This document shows, one piece after another, positions 29,889-39,183 of a DNA stretch of 64,000 nt; the first letter of the stretch is position 1; every line of letters starts with the position of its first letter. Both the position numbers and the translations under genes were made by a program. Origin of the DNA: a virus. The stretch lies in the IMG/VR virus record IMGVR_UViG_3300028596_000009, positions 1 to 64,000 of that record. One strand, written 5' to 3'. The notes under the pieces are model-generated. The model worked only from the letters and a program-made list of their open reading frames with translations, was not told the origin of the DNA and did no database searches.

Positions 29889-30139
29889 CCTACAGGAAGG
29901 CTTCGCCTGAGGAGATCATGGAGGATCTGATGGGGCGTTACAGCCTGGCCAGCCTCCTGGAGTTCCAGCAGAAGATCGGTCAGGCCGTGTGTGCTGAGGT
30001 CGTCAGGGAGCTTCGCTACAAGCATGATCACTTCAGGAGGGGTGACGATTTCGCGGACGGTTTCGCTGCCGCGATCGACTACCTCGACCCTGACGAATCC
30101 GCCTGGGAAGGCCCGCTTCCGTCGGGCATCGTGAAGTGA
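29885..30139 (+). CDS. hypothetical protein
   Basis: GTGA overlap. Confidence 0.6.
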   Translation: MTYRKASPEEIMEDLMGRYSLASLLEFQQKIGQAVCAEVVRELRYKHDHFRRGDDFADGFAAAIDYLDPDESAWEGPLPSGIVK

Positions 30140-30210
30140 CGCACCCTCACTGACCTGCGGGTTATCAAGAACGGGATCCTTCGGGGTCCCGTTCTTCCAT
30201 CAACACCACC

Positions 30211-30271
30211 TTGACCAACGAAGAGTTGTCGCTGTACAACTTGACGTACACGATGACCAACAGGATATAGT
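30211..30271 (+). promoter_or_regulatory. Candidate housekeeping-sigma promoters
   Basis: TTGACC-18nt-TACAAC and TTGACG-19nt-TATAGT upstream of 30309. Confidence 0.45.
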
Positions 30272-30308
30272 CCTGGCAACGGAGAAAGACCGGAAGGAAA
30301 AACAAGAT

Positions 30309-31400
30309 ATGTCCGAGATCGGCACGTTCAACCCGAAGGCCGTCAGCCCGATCGAGAAGGAGCTGGGCTTCGCCTTCATCTCCGACCCGCGCGGCTCCCG
30401 CTTCGCCCTGCCGGAGGTCCCGGCCGAGTACGCCGACGCTTTCCCCGGTGAGCCCTACAGCCAGCCGGTCGACATCACGCCGGAGAAGGCCCGTGACTGG
30501 CTGATGTACCGGGTGATCCGCGAGGACCGTACCCCCAAGGAGCTGAAGACCGACGGCTTCCGCCCCAACCGCAACTTCGTCATGGGTGCCCTCAAGGGCA
30601 ACTCGAACAAGAAGGGCTGGATCTCCACCGTCGAGGACGGCGAGCTGAAGGTGACCCACCAGGGCCTGGCCTTCACGCCCAACGGCTTCCTGTCCGACGG
30701 CCAGCACCGCCTCGCCGCCATCGCCCTGGCCAACCTGGACAAGCCGGTTCGCATCCAGGTCTCCGTGAACGTGCCCTGGGAGGGCTTCGCGTACATGGAT
30801 TCCGGCCGCATCCGGCAGGCCGGTCAGATGCTGGGCACGATCCCCAACGGCACCGCGTGCGCTGCCTCCGCCCGCTACATCTTCCCCGTCTTCGACGGCG
30901 TCGAGCGCCGTGAGTACATGATCAAGGCCCGGACCAAGCAGGAGGTCATCGATCTGGTCATGGCCACCCCCTTCTACCGGGCCCGCTGGAGCAGGGAGGT
31001 CTACACCGCCGCCTCGGGCTCCAACGTCCCCCACACGATCCTCCTCGCCCACATCATCATGGCGCTGGCCGCCGGTGCCGACGTCTTCAAGGTCCAGAGG
31101 TTCCTGGACGGCCTGAAGAGCGGAAAGCGCATCGACCCCAGCGACTTCAAGGGGTTCGGACAGAACGGTAAGGACCCGCGCTGGATCCTGCGTGGACAGT
31201 TCATGAGCAAGAAGACCTTCTCCCCGGCGGAGATCTACGGCAACGTCGGACTGATCCGGCGGGCCCTTCAGATCTGGCTCGACGAGGAGGAGGCGGGCAG
31301 CTTCCTCCGCACCCCCACGAGCCGGGCGCTTCCGCCGGTCTGGCGGGAGGAGAAGGTCCGCGAGTACTTCGCCGGTCTCGGCTTCAAGATCAACTACTGA
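30309..31400 (+). CDS. ParB/Srx-like (DGQHR) domain protein
   Basis: ITPEKARDWL...NR...THQGLAF..NG.L.DGQHRLAAI...MDSGRIR. Confidence 0.75.
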   Translation: MSEIGTFNPKAVSPIEKELGFAFISDPRGSRFALPEVPAEYADAFPGEPYSQPVDITPEKARDWLMYRVIREDRTPKELKTDGFRPNRNFVMGALKGNSNKKGWISTVEDGELKVTHQGLAFTPNGFLSDGQHRLAAIALANLDKPVRIQVSVNVPWEGFAYMDSGRIRQAGQMLGTIPNGTACAASARYIFPVFDGVERREYMIKARTKQEVIDLVMATPFYRARWSREVYTAASGSNVPHTILLAHIIMALAAGADVFKVQRFLDGLKSGKRIDPSDFKGFGQNGKDPRWILRGQFMSKKTFSPAEIYGNVGLIRRALQIWLDEEEAGSFLRTPTSRALPPVWREEKVREYFAGLGFKINY

Positions 31401-31429
31401 GCGCGCGGACCAAGAGGAGAACCGGAAGC

Positions 31430-31861
31430 ATGAGCACCAAGACCTACATCAAGTGGATCGACCCCGAGCGTGAGGGCGAGGAGGTCGAGACGCAGCAGCA
31501 GACGGCCGCCCGGCTCGGTCTGGACGTCGAGACCCTCAAGTCGTACGTCTACCGCTACTCGGGCGAGTACCCCACGGAGATTGCCTACCTGATGCCGACG
31601 CGTCTGCGCCTGCGCAGCGTGAAGGAGCTGGGGGAGTTCTTCGAGTGGCTGGCCAACAAGCCGAAGCTCCGCAGCGCCGCCGAGATCAGCAAGGGTGAGG
31701 TCGTACGCCTGGAGCGGTCCATGACGGCCGCCGAGAAGCGCCGAAAGCGGCTCCAGCGGGAACTCGACGGTGTGGACCAGGAGCTGAAGCGCCTGAGGAC
31801 CCTGCTGCGCAAGGAGAAGGAGAACCTGAGCATCCTGACCTTTGGGGAGTCGGATGCCTGA
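31430..31861 (+). CDS. HTH DNA-binding protein with coiled coil
   Basis: TAARLGLDVETLKSYVYR; heptad-rich C-terminus. Confidence 0.6.
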   Translation: MSTKTYIKWIDPEREGEEVETQQQTAARLGLDVETLKSYVYRYSGEYPTEIAYLMPTRLRLRSVKELGEFFEWLANKPKLRSAAEISKGEVVRLERSMTAAEKRRKRLQRELDGVDQELKRLRTLLRKEKENLSILTFGESDA

Positions 31862-31966
31862 GAGGCACAAGGTCTTCATATCGAACCTCACCGCCTGATG
31901 CGGTGAACAGTGGCGGCGCCGGGCGGTTCTTCCGTCCGGCGCCGTCTTATCAGGAAGGGGAAAGAC

Positions 31967-32386
31967 GTGAACCAGACCGAGGTCGACGCCATGCTGGCGA
32001 CGTTCGAGGACATGGACTACAGCGCCCACCCGGCGCTCCAGGATCTGGGCCGGGGCACGATGCTCGCCGCTGGACGCCTGCTGTGGGAGAAGGACGTCAA
32101 GCTGTCGTCGGACAACCTGAAGCGAGCTGTGCTGGCGTTCTACGGCTACCTGATGGACGAGAACACCTTCGCCTGCTCCGAGGACCAGAAGTTCATGGAT
32201 GCAATCGACGTGCGCAAGTTCGGCGCCTTCCTGGTGGACGAGATCGCCAAGAAGGTCACCGACAACAAGATCCACGAGTTCCAGCAGCGCGGCTGGTACG
32301 TCGTGAAGCTGCGCGCCAAGCACGCCGGAGTCGACGAGAACGACGAGGGCTACTACATCTTCACCGACGCGGCCATCGCCAAGTAA
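31967..32386 (+). CDS. hypothetical protein
   Basis: RBS after TTATC element. Confidence 0.75.
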   Translation: MNQTEVDAMLATFEDMDYSAHPALQDLGRGTMLAAGRLLWEKDVKLSSDNLKRAVLAFYGYLMDENTFACSEDQKFMDAIDVRKFGAFLVDEIAKKVTDNKIHEFQQRGWYVVKLRAKHAGVDENDEGYYIFTDAAIAK

Positions 32387-32416
32387 CAGCACACCAACCG
32401 GAAAGGGAAGACGCAC

Positions 32417-32653
32417 ATGCCGAAGATCGAGATCGAGGTTCTGTACACCCGTCTGGTGCGAGAGGAGGGGTCCGCCGTCATCACGGTGAACGTTCCGGCC
32501 GCCATCGCGGACGACGAGAACGAGATCCAGGGATGGCTGGACGAACAGATTGAGGAGAACAAGATCGACGTGATGAAGGACATCTACAAGCACGGTGAAC
32601 TGTCCGACGAGGACGAGCAGATCCAGGTCGACGAGGTGCATCTCACGGAGTAA
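32417..32653 (+). CDS. small highly acidic protein
   Basis: D/E-rich; RBS. Confidence 0.7.
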   Translation: MPKIEIEVLYTRLVREEGSAVITVNVPAAIADDENEIQGWLDEQIEENKIDVMKDIYKHGELSDEDEQIQVDEVHLTE

Positions 32654-32661
32654 CGGTGGTG

Positions 32662-32711
32662 GCCCAGCCCTTCGCAGGGGGTTTTGCGGGGTTCGAATCC
32701 CCGTCTGGGCG
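32662..32711 (+). ncRNA. D-arm-less tRNA-like structure
   Basis: Acceptor-like GCCCAG/CTGGGC, hairpin CCCT-TCGC-AGGG, T-arm CGGGG-TTCGAAT-CCCCG. Confidence 0.45.
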
Positions 32712-32728
32712 CGGAAAGGAGACGTCTC

Positions 32729-33016
32729 ATGGATGAGAACGAAGAGATCACTCGGCGTCTGGGCAGGATCAAAGCAGAGAACGAGTGGATCCGGGCCAAC
32801 CCGGAAAACCCTTCGTGCCGGGGCTGTAATCGCCGGGAGCTGGCCGACAAGCTCACCGGCGGGATCTGTGTTGAATGCCAGGACACGGTGAACTACCTGC
32901 GCACCGGATGCCGGTTCGCGGAGACCTCCGGCTGCACGCATCCGGACTGCCAGATGCCGTTGGATCCGGACGAGTACCCGCTGGTCGAGATGTTCAACAG
33001 GGGTGAGATCCAGTGA
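32729..33016 (+). CDS. Cys-rich Zn-finger protein
   Basis: CRGC, CVEC; RBS AAGGAG. Confidence 0.7.
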   Translation: MDENEEITRRLGRIKAENEWIRANPENPSCRGCNRRELADKLTGGICVECQDTVNYLRTGCRFAETSGCTHPDCQMPLDPDEYPLVEMFNRGEIQ

Positions 33017-33164
33017 GTGAGCTGTTCGTGGCCCAGATCGATGGAAACACGTTCCTCTCCCCGCAGGAGGTGGAGGAGTACTACGAAATGATGGCCGAAA
33101 GGGCTCAGGCAGAGGCCGAAGAAACCTACTAGGATCCACCTGGAAACCGGATAAGGAGAAGGAC

Positions 33165-33509
33165 ATGTTGAACATCAAGTTCCGCCAGGAGGGCGGCCCG
33201 GCGATGGATGTCTTCGTCGTCAAGAAGACGTACGACAGCATGGTGACCAGCGCCCTCACCACGAGCGGCTACATCCTGGAGATCGCCGAGGTCGAGAACC
33301 CGTGGCAGGCCGTCGCCGTCAGTACCCTGGACCGGGTGGACTCCAAGTCCGGCGACGGCATGATGCTCCTCGTCAGCCCGCAGCAGTTCGGTCCTGAGAG
33401 GCCGGTGGAGATGGTACTGAAGGCGATCAGCATCTACTCCCCGCAGGTGGCCAACGACACATGGCGGACGATGCACCGGCCGGTCCACCACGAGACGCAG
33501 GACCGCTGA
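33165..33509 (+). CDS. hypothetical protein
   Basis: RBS. Confidence 0.7.
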   Translation: MLNIKFRQEGGPAMDVFVVKKTYDSMVTSALTTSGYILEIAEVENPWQAVAVSTLDRVDSKSGDGMMLLVSPQQFGPERPVEMVLKAISIYSPQVANDTWRTMHRPVHHETQDR

Positions 33510-33745
33510 TGTTCCAGGTCCCCAAGTACCGGCCTGGAGGGTTCGAGATCGAAGTCTGGCCTCCCGAGGGAACTCAGGTTCCGATCCTTCCGCTCATGGC
33601 GGTCGGTCAGATGATCGCAGAAGCCACCCACTCGAAGCCCTTCCGGATCACCGAGGTCACTGTGCGAGAGCACCGTGCCCCCGACAGCGCACCGTTCAGC
33701 TTCTACTACTCGTACCTCTACGAGGTCGTCGAGGTGGATGACTGA
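33509..33745 (+). CDS. hypothetical protein
   Basis: TGATG overlap. Confidence 0.6.
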   Translation: MFQVPKYRPGGFEIEVWPPEGTQVPILPLMAVGQMIAEATHSKPFRITEVTVREHRAPDSAPFSFYYSYLYEVVEVDD

Positions 33746-33945
33746 TGGGCATCTTCCGGGACCAGGCCCGCAACATCGCGACGTCGGCCGTCGTGTCGGC
33801 AACTCTGCCGGAAGAGATCAACCAGGCGAAGGACGTTGTCTGGGAAGCGTTGCCGGAGAACATGAAGGCCGCCGTCGCGGTCTCGTCGATAGCGGCCTCG
33901 ATCGCGTACGGGGCCATCAAGGAGAGAGGACAGGAGCAGGCATGA
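33745..33945 (+). CDS. hypothetical protein
   Basis: TGATG overlap. Confidence 0.6.
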   Translation: MGIFRDQARNIATSAVVSATLPEEINQAKDVVWEALPENMKAAVAVSSIAASIAYGAIKERGQEQA

Positions 33946-34163
33946 GCAGCACGGCCAAGAGCAACGAGCGACTGATGGCGTTCTTCAGCAACCTGGCGGC
34001 CACGCTGGAGCGGGAGGGCGGCATTTTCCAGGATGACAACCTGACCCCGGTCGAGGTGAAGTCGGCCGTCGGGTTCTTCCGGGCGCGGGCCCGTGAGCAC
34101 GAGCAGCGGATGCTCGAAGCGGAAGCCCGGGACCGGGTCAACCAGCAGAACAACGAGAACTGA
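33942..34163 (+). CDS. hypothetical protein
   Basis: ATGA overlap. Confidence 0.65.
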   Translation: MSSTAKSNERLMAFFSNLAATLEREGGIFQDDNLTPVEVKSAVGFFRARAREHEQRMLEAEARDRVNQQNNEN

Positions 34164-34175
34164 AGGAGAAGGATC

Positions 34176-34340
34176 ATGGGCGTCTTCAAGCGTGGCGGCG
34201 GTTCCAGCGGCTCCGGCAACAGCGGAACCTCGACGAACCGCGACCCGTACATCAGCGGCAACCGGGACGACTGGAACAACCGGCCGAAGTCCGACGGCGA
34301 GAACTTCAAGACGGACAAGAAGGACAAGGACAAAAAGTGA
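34176..34340 (+). CDS. small disordered basic protein
   Basis: RBS AAGGAG; MGVFKRGGGSS...KKDKDKK. Confidence 0.6.
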   Translation: MGVFKRGGGSSGSGNSGTSTNRDPYISGNRDDWNNRPKSDGENFKTDKKDKDKK

Positions 34341-35188
34341 CGCAGCGTCGGATCCTCTTCGCCGGAGACACCCACGGGAACTTCGGCCACATGCAGTTCC
34401 TGTTGAACGTCGCGGCGAAGGAGGATGCCGACGCGGTATTCGTCCTCGGTGACTTCGGCATCTGGGACCACGACGACCAGGGCTCCTTCACCGACGCGGT
34501 CAGCAAGTACAGCGTTCGAGCGGGCAAGCCGGTGTACTTCCTGCCGGGCAACCACGAGAACTACGACCTGCTGGAGCAGTGGGAGAAGGAGAACGACCGG
34601 GACGAGGACGGCTTCGTCATCGTCAAGCCGAACGTCCTGTACTCGCCTCGCGGCCACCGCTGGTCGTGGGGCGGGGTCCGGTTCATGTCGCTGGGCGGCG
34701 CGTACAGCGTCGATCTGGACGCACGGAAGAAGGAGGACGCGGCAACTCTGGAGGGCGCTCGGCGCAAGGTCGGCGTCGGGCACAGGGTAAATGCCAGGCA
34801 GCGCTACCTGCTGAAGTTCGGTCACTACCTGTGGTGGCCGCAGGAGGAGATCACCGAGGACGATCTGGTGCACGCACTGCGTCCGGGCGCGGTGGATGTG
34901 CTGCTGACGCACGACAAGCCGCGCGACTCCGACCCGGGCTGGAACAGGAAGGACTTGTTCCGGTGCCACCCGAACCAGGACAAGATCCAGAAGGTGGTCC
35001 ACGCCAAGCGGCCTCAGGTTCTGCTGCACGGTCACCTGCATCATCCGTACGAGCAGATGGTCGGTCAGACCTGGGTGCGTTCCCTGAACTGCGATCCCGA
35101 GGCTTCGCTGAAGTCGGGTGGTTCGGGTGACCGGCACAGCTCGTACACGGTGATGTCGTTCGAGAACGGCTCGGCCGACTTCGCGTGA
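34337..35188 (+). CDS. calcineurin-like metallophosphoesterase
   Basis: GDTHGN, LGDFG, GNHE, THD and HGHLH motifs. Confidence 0.9.
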   Translation: MTQRRILFAGDTHGNFGHMQFLLNVAAKEDADAVFVLGDFGIWDHDDQGSFTDAVSKYSVRAGKPVYFLPGNHENYDLLEQWEKENDRDEDGFVIVKPNVLYSPRGHRWSWGGVRFMSLGGAYSVDLDARKKEDAATLEGARRKVGVGHRVNARQRYLLKFGHYLWWPQEEITEDDLVHALRPGAVDVLLTHDKPRDSDPGWNRKDLFRCHPNQDKIQKVVHAKRPQVLLHGHLHHPYEQMVGQTWVRSLNCDPEASLKSGGSGDRHSSYTVMSFENGSADFA

Positions 35189-35288
35189 TCCGTACATGGG
35201 GCCGCCTGCCTTCGGGTGGGCGGCCCTCGGCTTATCAGAAACGGTGCACACGTTCTCCACCGCTCAGCACCCGGACAGAAGAGGAGAG

Positions 35289-35594
35289 ATGGAACTCAAG
35301 AAGTGGCTGGGGATCGGAAAGGCTTCCCCCGAAGAAGAACTGAAGTGGCCGCAGAGGCAGATCGAGGCCATTCGCCGTGATCCCAAGAAAATCGTGACCA
35401 TCTACAGGTGTGCGTCCATGAACGGGGCGATTCGCGAGGCGCAGAAGATCAACCTCGGACTGGAGTCGCTGTTCGATTCGTCGACCTTCTGGGCTGGGTA
35501 CCTGCGCGACGAGAAGGCCCGGGATTACGTGGTGGTCCTGGGGCTTCGCAGTCACCTGCCGGAGGGTTGGCGCAAGTTCGTCACCGGCGCCTGA
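35289..35594 (+). CDS. hypothetical protein
   Basis: RBS GAGGAG. Confidence 0.7.
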   Translation: MELKKWLGIGKASPEEELKWPQRQIEAIRRDPKKIVTIYRCASMNGAIREAQKINLGLESLFDSSTFWAGYLRDEKARDYVVVLGLRSHLPEGWRKFVTGA

Positions 35595-35626
35595 CCGGTT
35601 ATCAGAAACGGAAAAAGGAGAAGGAC

Positions 35627-36187
35627 ATGACCACGTTCAGCGCGAAGAACAAGCTGACCCGGTTGGAGCGCGTACCTGTGCCGATGGACCGCTGGCACAA
35701 GGACCACTGGTCGATGCTGGCCTACCTGGAGGTGGGTGAGGTCGACTACCACGGCATCGTCGACTGGGACCACGTGCGTGTCTCGGAGAAGAACTGGGGC
35801 GGCGTCTACAAGGCGCGCTCGGGATGGGCCAGGAGCAACTTCGACAAGGACGGCGCCGACTACGGGCTTCGGGTGCGTGGGGAGGGCAACTTGATCTTGC
35901 GTCAGATGGGCCACTGCGAGGTCGACGCCATCATGGACATGGTCGACGCCGGTCTGGTGGTCATCGAGCTGCCGAAGCTGGCCAAGAGCGGCGACTACTA
36001 CCTGAAGCCGAACGGTACGCCGCTCTCGCGGCCCGGAGACCCGGATCCGGCGGACGAGCCGGACGACATGGACTTGCTGCCGTACTCGGCGTTCCGTCTG
36101 ACCGAGCGGGGTCGCGAGATCGAGAACCGGCTCCGGAAGCACAAGGCGGACGGCCAGAACTACGGCACGTTCAAGCCGGAGGTCTGA
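35627..36187 (+). CDS. conserved hypothetical protein (KDHWS.LAY, wHTH-like C-terminus)
   Basis: RBS; FRLTERG. Confidence 0.75.
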   Translation: MTTFSAKNKLTRLERVPVPMDRWHKDHWSMLAYLEVGEVDYHGIVDWDHVRVSEKNWGGVYKARSGWARSNFDKDGADYGLRVRGEGNLILRQMGHCEVDAIMDMVDAGLVVIELPKLAKSGDYYLKPNGTPLSRPGDPDPADEPDDMDLLPYSAFRLTERGREIENRLRKHKADGQNYGTFKPEV

Positions 36188-36189
36188 CG

Positions 36190-36537
36190 GTGAGGAAGTT
36201 TCAGACCGTGAGCGACCCGAGACTGGGTGCCGACTGGGTTCTCCGGCGGCGCCGGATGATGCTGGCGGAAATGCGGCCGGTCATCGATAACGAGTCGATG
36301 GGGCCGGTCCCTGATTCTCCGGCCCGGTTCGACTTCTTCTGTGATCTGCGGACGGCTGCCGGTGTGCACATGGGTCCCCTCGGCAGCGCGTACGGGGAGG
36401 ACGACGAGGCGCCGGAGAACGGCGAGATCGTGAAGGTGAACGGGATCCCTGTCCGCGTGCTGAAGGTGACGACGCTGATGCGGAGCGACTACAGGCTCGT
36501 CCGCTACGAGATCGAGATCGAGAGGGCTACGGCATGA
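36190..36537 (+). CDS. hypothetical protein
   Basis: RBS GGAGG. Confidence 0.65.
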   Translation: MRKFQTVSDPRLGADWVLRRRRMMLAEMRPVIDNESMGPVPDSPARFDFFCDLRTAAGVHMGPLGSAYGEDDEAPENGEIVKVNGIPVRVLKVTTLMRSDYRLVRYEIEIERATA

Positions 36538-36773
36538 GCGAGGCCGAGGAGAAGTTCAACGAGGAGTTCGCCCTCGTGGCGGGTTCGATCTTCGAGGACA
36601 CGATCGTGAGCCTGGAGGATGCCGAGGAGTCCGTGCGGGACCTGCTGCGGGCGCACGCCGCACTGCTGGCGGAGAGGATCCTGGCCAACACCCAGCACAT
36701 CCGCTACGGGTGTGCCACGGACTACGCCGAGCGCTACTCGAAGTTGATCACGAAGGAGGGAGAGGAATCGTGA
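36534..36773 (+). CDS. hypothetical protein
   Basis: ATGA overlap. Confidence 0.65.
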   Translation: MSEAEEKFNEEFALVAGSIFEDTIVSLEDAEESVRDLLRAHAALLAERILANTQHIRYGCATDYAERYSKLITKEGEES

Positions 36774-36931
36774 CCCGGCGCGAGGAGGTGATCCAGGGCC
36801 TGATGAAGGGCGAGATGTCCCGGGAGGAGGCGAGCAAGCTGGTGAAGGAGCTGTGCGAGGAGTACCGCTCCGAGGGGTGGAGTGAGGGCTACGACGAGGG
36901 CTACAGGCAGGCTGAGCGCGACGCCGAGTGA
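36770..36931 (+). CDS. hypothetical protein (EG..EG repeats)
   Basis: GTGA overlap. Confidence 0.6.
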   Translation: MTRREEVIQGLMKGEMSREEASKLVKELCEEYRSEGWSEGYDEGYRQAERDAE

Positions 36932-36953
36932 GATTCATGACGAGAGGAGAGCT

Positions 36954-37232
36954 GTGAACAAGGTGACGATCCCCGAGGGGGTCGAGGGGTTCTCCCTGGC
37001 GCAGGAGGAGGGCCAGCATTTCGTGTTCCTGGCCTCTGCGGAGGACGGAAACTACGTCATCGTCTGTGCCGATTCTGACGGATTCGTCCTGATGCGGTAC
37101 GCGGTAAGGCGCAGCGGTTCGGTGTGCGTCACCCAGTCCCTGGAACTCAGCTCGGACGACTTCTCCGAGGTGTTCGGCCGGATGCTGGACCTGGACGCGA
37201 AGGTTTCGGAGAGGGGAAGCAAGCATGCGTAA
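36954..37232 (+). CDS. hypothetical protein (possible paralog of next gene)
   Basis: KVTIPEG. Confidence 0.65.
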   Translation: MNKVTIPEGVEGFSLAQEEGQHFVFLASAEDGNYVIVCADSDGFVLMRYAVRRSGSVCVTQSLELSSDDFSEVFGRMLDLDAKVSERGSKHA

Positions 37233-37458
37233 GGTGGCAATCCCGAAGGGCGCCGAGTGGATCGGCCTGGAGGGTATGGCGGGCCGGTTCTACCCGATCG
37301 CCCTGGCGGGCTCGGTGGTTCTGGTGGACGACTTCGGCTCGGTGTGGGCAGAGCTGTTCCACACGGATCGAACGAACCTGCTGTTCCGCACGTTCCAGCC
37401 CATGAGTGACGCGAACGTGAAGTCGGCGTTCTCGTACCTGATGGAGGACGCCAGGTAG
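37225..37458 (+). CDS. hypothetical protein (possible paralog of previous gene)
   Basis: KVAIPKG. Confidence 0.65.
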   Translation: MRKVAIPKGAEWIGLEGMAGRFYPIALAGSVVLVDDFGSVWAELFHTDRTNLLFRTFQPMSDANVKSAFSYLMEDAR

Positions 37459-37708
37459 GGGCCCCTTCCCGGGTCCTCCGGCCCTGCTGTACAGTCCAGC
37501 TCACAAGACCCGTCCGGCCTCTGCGTGCATGCTGCCGGGTTATGGATGACCGAAGGTCCACTGGTGCTCAGGCCGGTGGGCCTTCGTCATTTCCTGGTTC
37601 AGAGTACCCGCCAGCGGGTATTGAGTTTCCTTTCGACCGTCCCTGCTGTGACATTTTTACGCTTTAGAAAAGAGGCAGAAACTAGGCCCCGAATCAGTCA
37701 GGAGAATC

Positions 37709-37921
37709 TTGGTGCGTTTCATTCACTTAGCCCAGTGTGCGGCCTTCTCACTGTTTGCTCTGGTCACCACCTTCGCCCTCGGGTATGCCCTCAGCAGGGA
37801 TCTTGTCCCATCGGTGATCGTTGCAGTTGCATGCTCGGCCATCACCCTCCTCTACACGGGCACGGTGTACTGTTGGCTTTACCGCCGCACGCGTGCTGGA
37901 ATCCACCGGAAGTCACGGTAA
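37709..37921 (+). CDS. small two-TM membrane protein (TTA codon)
   Basis: Two hydrophobic segments; RBS AGGAG. Confidence 0.5.
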   Translation: MVRFIHLAQCAAFSLFALVTTFALGYALSRDLVPSVIVAVACSAITLLYTGTVYCWLYRRTRAGIHRKSR

Positions 37922-37980
37922 GATCTTTGCGTTAACGTGGTGGGAAACACCATTGATGATGCAGAGAAAGGGGACACACT

Positions 37981-38433
37981 GTGGCCCGAGTACGTGATGT
38001 TGTTGTGCGTGACGCCCCCGATGGTCCCCCCGGACAGGGTGTGTACACGACCAAGCTCCAGGCGCTGGCCGTGGATCCGACCAAGACGGTGGTCGACGCA
38101 CGGTTCGACACCCTCAAGGCCGTCGAGGACGCCGCATTCCGCGTGAACAGCGGACAGCGGAAGGACTGGCCGAACGACAAGTACTACGCCGCGTTCGACT
38201 ACGACATCGCCGACGAGTCGATCGAGGGCAGCAGCGCCGGGAAGTGGCTGCTTCTGATCGGTCTGAGGGAGCACGCCCCGGTCGGCTGGCAGCCGGTGAT
38301 CAATGCCCCCGGCAGCCGCAAGCGGCGGAAGTCGGCCAAGGCGGAGACAGAGATCGAGCAGAGCGTCGAGCAGGACGCCGACGAGCAGTCCGAGGCGGAG
38401 AACGCCGCCTTTTTCCAGGAGCCGACGGAGTAG
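37981..38433 (+). CDS. hypothetical protein
   Basis: RBS GAAAGGGG. Confidence 0.7.
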   Translation: MARVRDVVVRDAPDGPPGQGVYTTKLQALAVDPTKTVVDARFDTLKAVEDAAFRVNSGQRKDWPNDKYYAAFDYDIADESIEGSSAGKWLLLIGLREHAPVGWQPVINAPGSRKRRKSAKAETEIEQSVEQDADEQSEAENAAFFQEPTE

Positions 38434-38790
38434 AACCTCTGGTTCACCTTGCGGTAGCCGCAGAGCCCATCCTCACGGAAAATGAGGGTGGGCTTTGTCG
38501 TTGCCATCGTCTAGTTGACGGAGATCGAATCGTTCTGACGTGCGTGTTCGCCCTGTCACGCTACGTGAAGTCACCTTGCGGACCTGCGAGTTGACCAAGG
38601 AAAGACTCAACTTCCCTACCGGTTTCCGAGTTCTACTCCCAAGGTGATTCGATGGAACCTGGCACACGAGGGACGTACCCGTGGCACATGCGGTACCTTC
38701 GGCTTGCCGACACAAAAACGATCCTCCCGGTCGGGGGGTTTCCGGTCACACGGGGAATGAGTCTCACCGGGTCAGCGCAGGGGAGTGGGG

Positions 38791-39183
38791 ATGGCAAGAC
38801 CTTCGGGGCCGCTGAGGAGATACAGCGTCTACTGTGTGTGGCCGGTGCATCCCGGCCAGTGGAGGCTGACGGTCGACATGATCGACGGACCTACGGCAAG
38901 AGAGAGTGCGGCGGCACTGCGGAGGATGAACTACCCGGTACGGGTTGTCACGATTCTGCTCCGCCCCACCACTGCCCGGACTCTCGAAGCACGTTTCCTG
39001 GCCGCCGAATGGGACAGATACGGCAGGGTGGTCTACCGCTACGACGGCGAATACGCCAAGTACGTGGCACCGTGGGCTCTGGGGGAAGAGCCCCTGGAAA
39101 AGGAGAAGGCCGGTGGAGCAGCAGGAAGGATCGTTCGACGACCTCGTGAGCCTGGTGGAATCGCTGCCCGACAGAAGCGATGA
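38791..39183 (+). CDS. hypothetical protein
   Basis: ORF with RBS GGGAG. Confidence 0.5.
   Translation: MARPSGPLRRYSVYCVWPVHPGQWRLTVDMIDGPTARESAAALRRMNYPVRVVTILLRPTTARTLEARFLAAEWDRYGRVVYRYDGEYAKYVAPWALGEEPLEKEKAGGAAGRIVRRPREPGGIAARQKR

Noticed and set aside
30309-31400. Dnd phosphorothioation system (DGQHR/DndB)
   Set aside because: No dndCDE or cysteine desulfurase genes nearby.
13094-35603. TTATC as a sigma -10 box
   Set aside because: In several copies the SD starts 2-4 nt after the motif, leaving no room for a normal start site upstream of the RBS, and there is no conserved -35.
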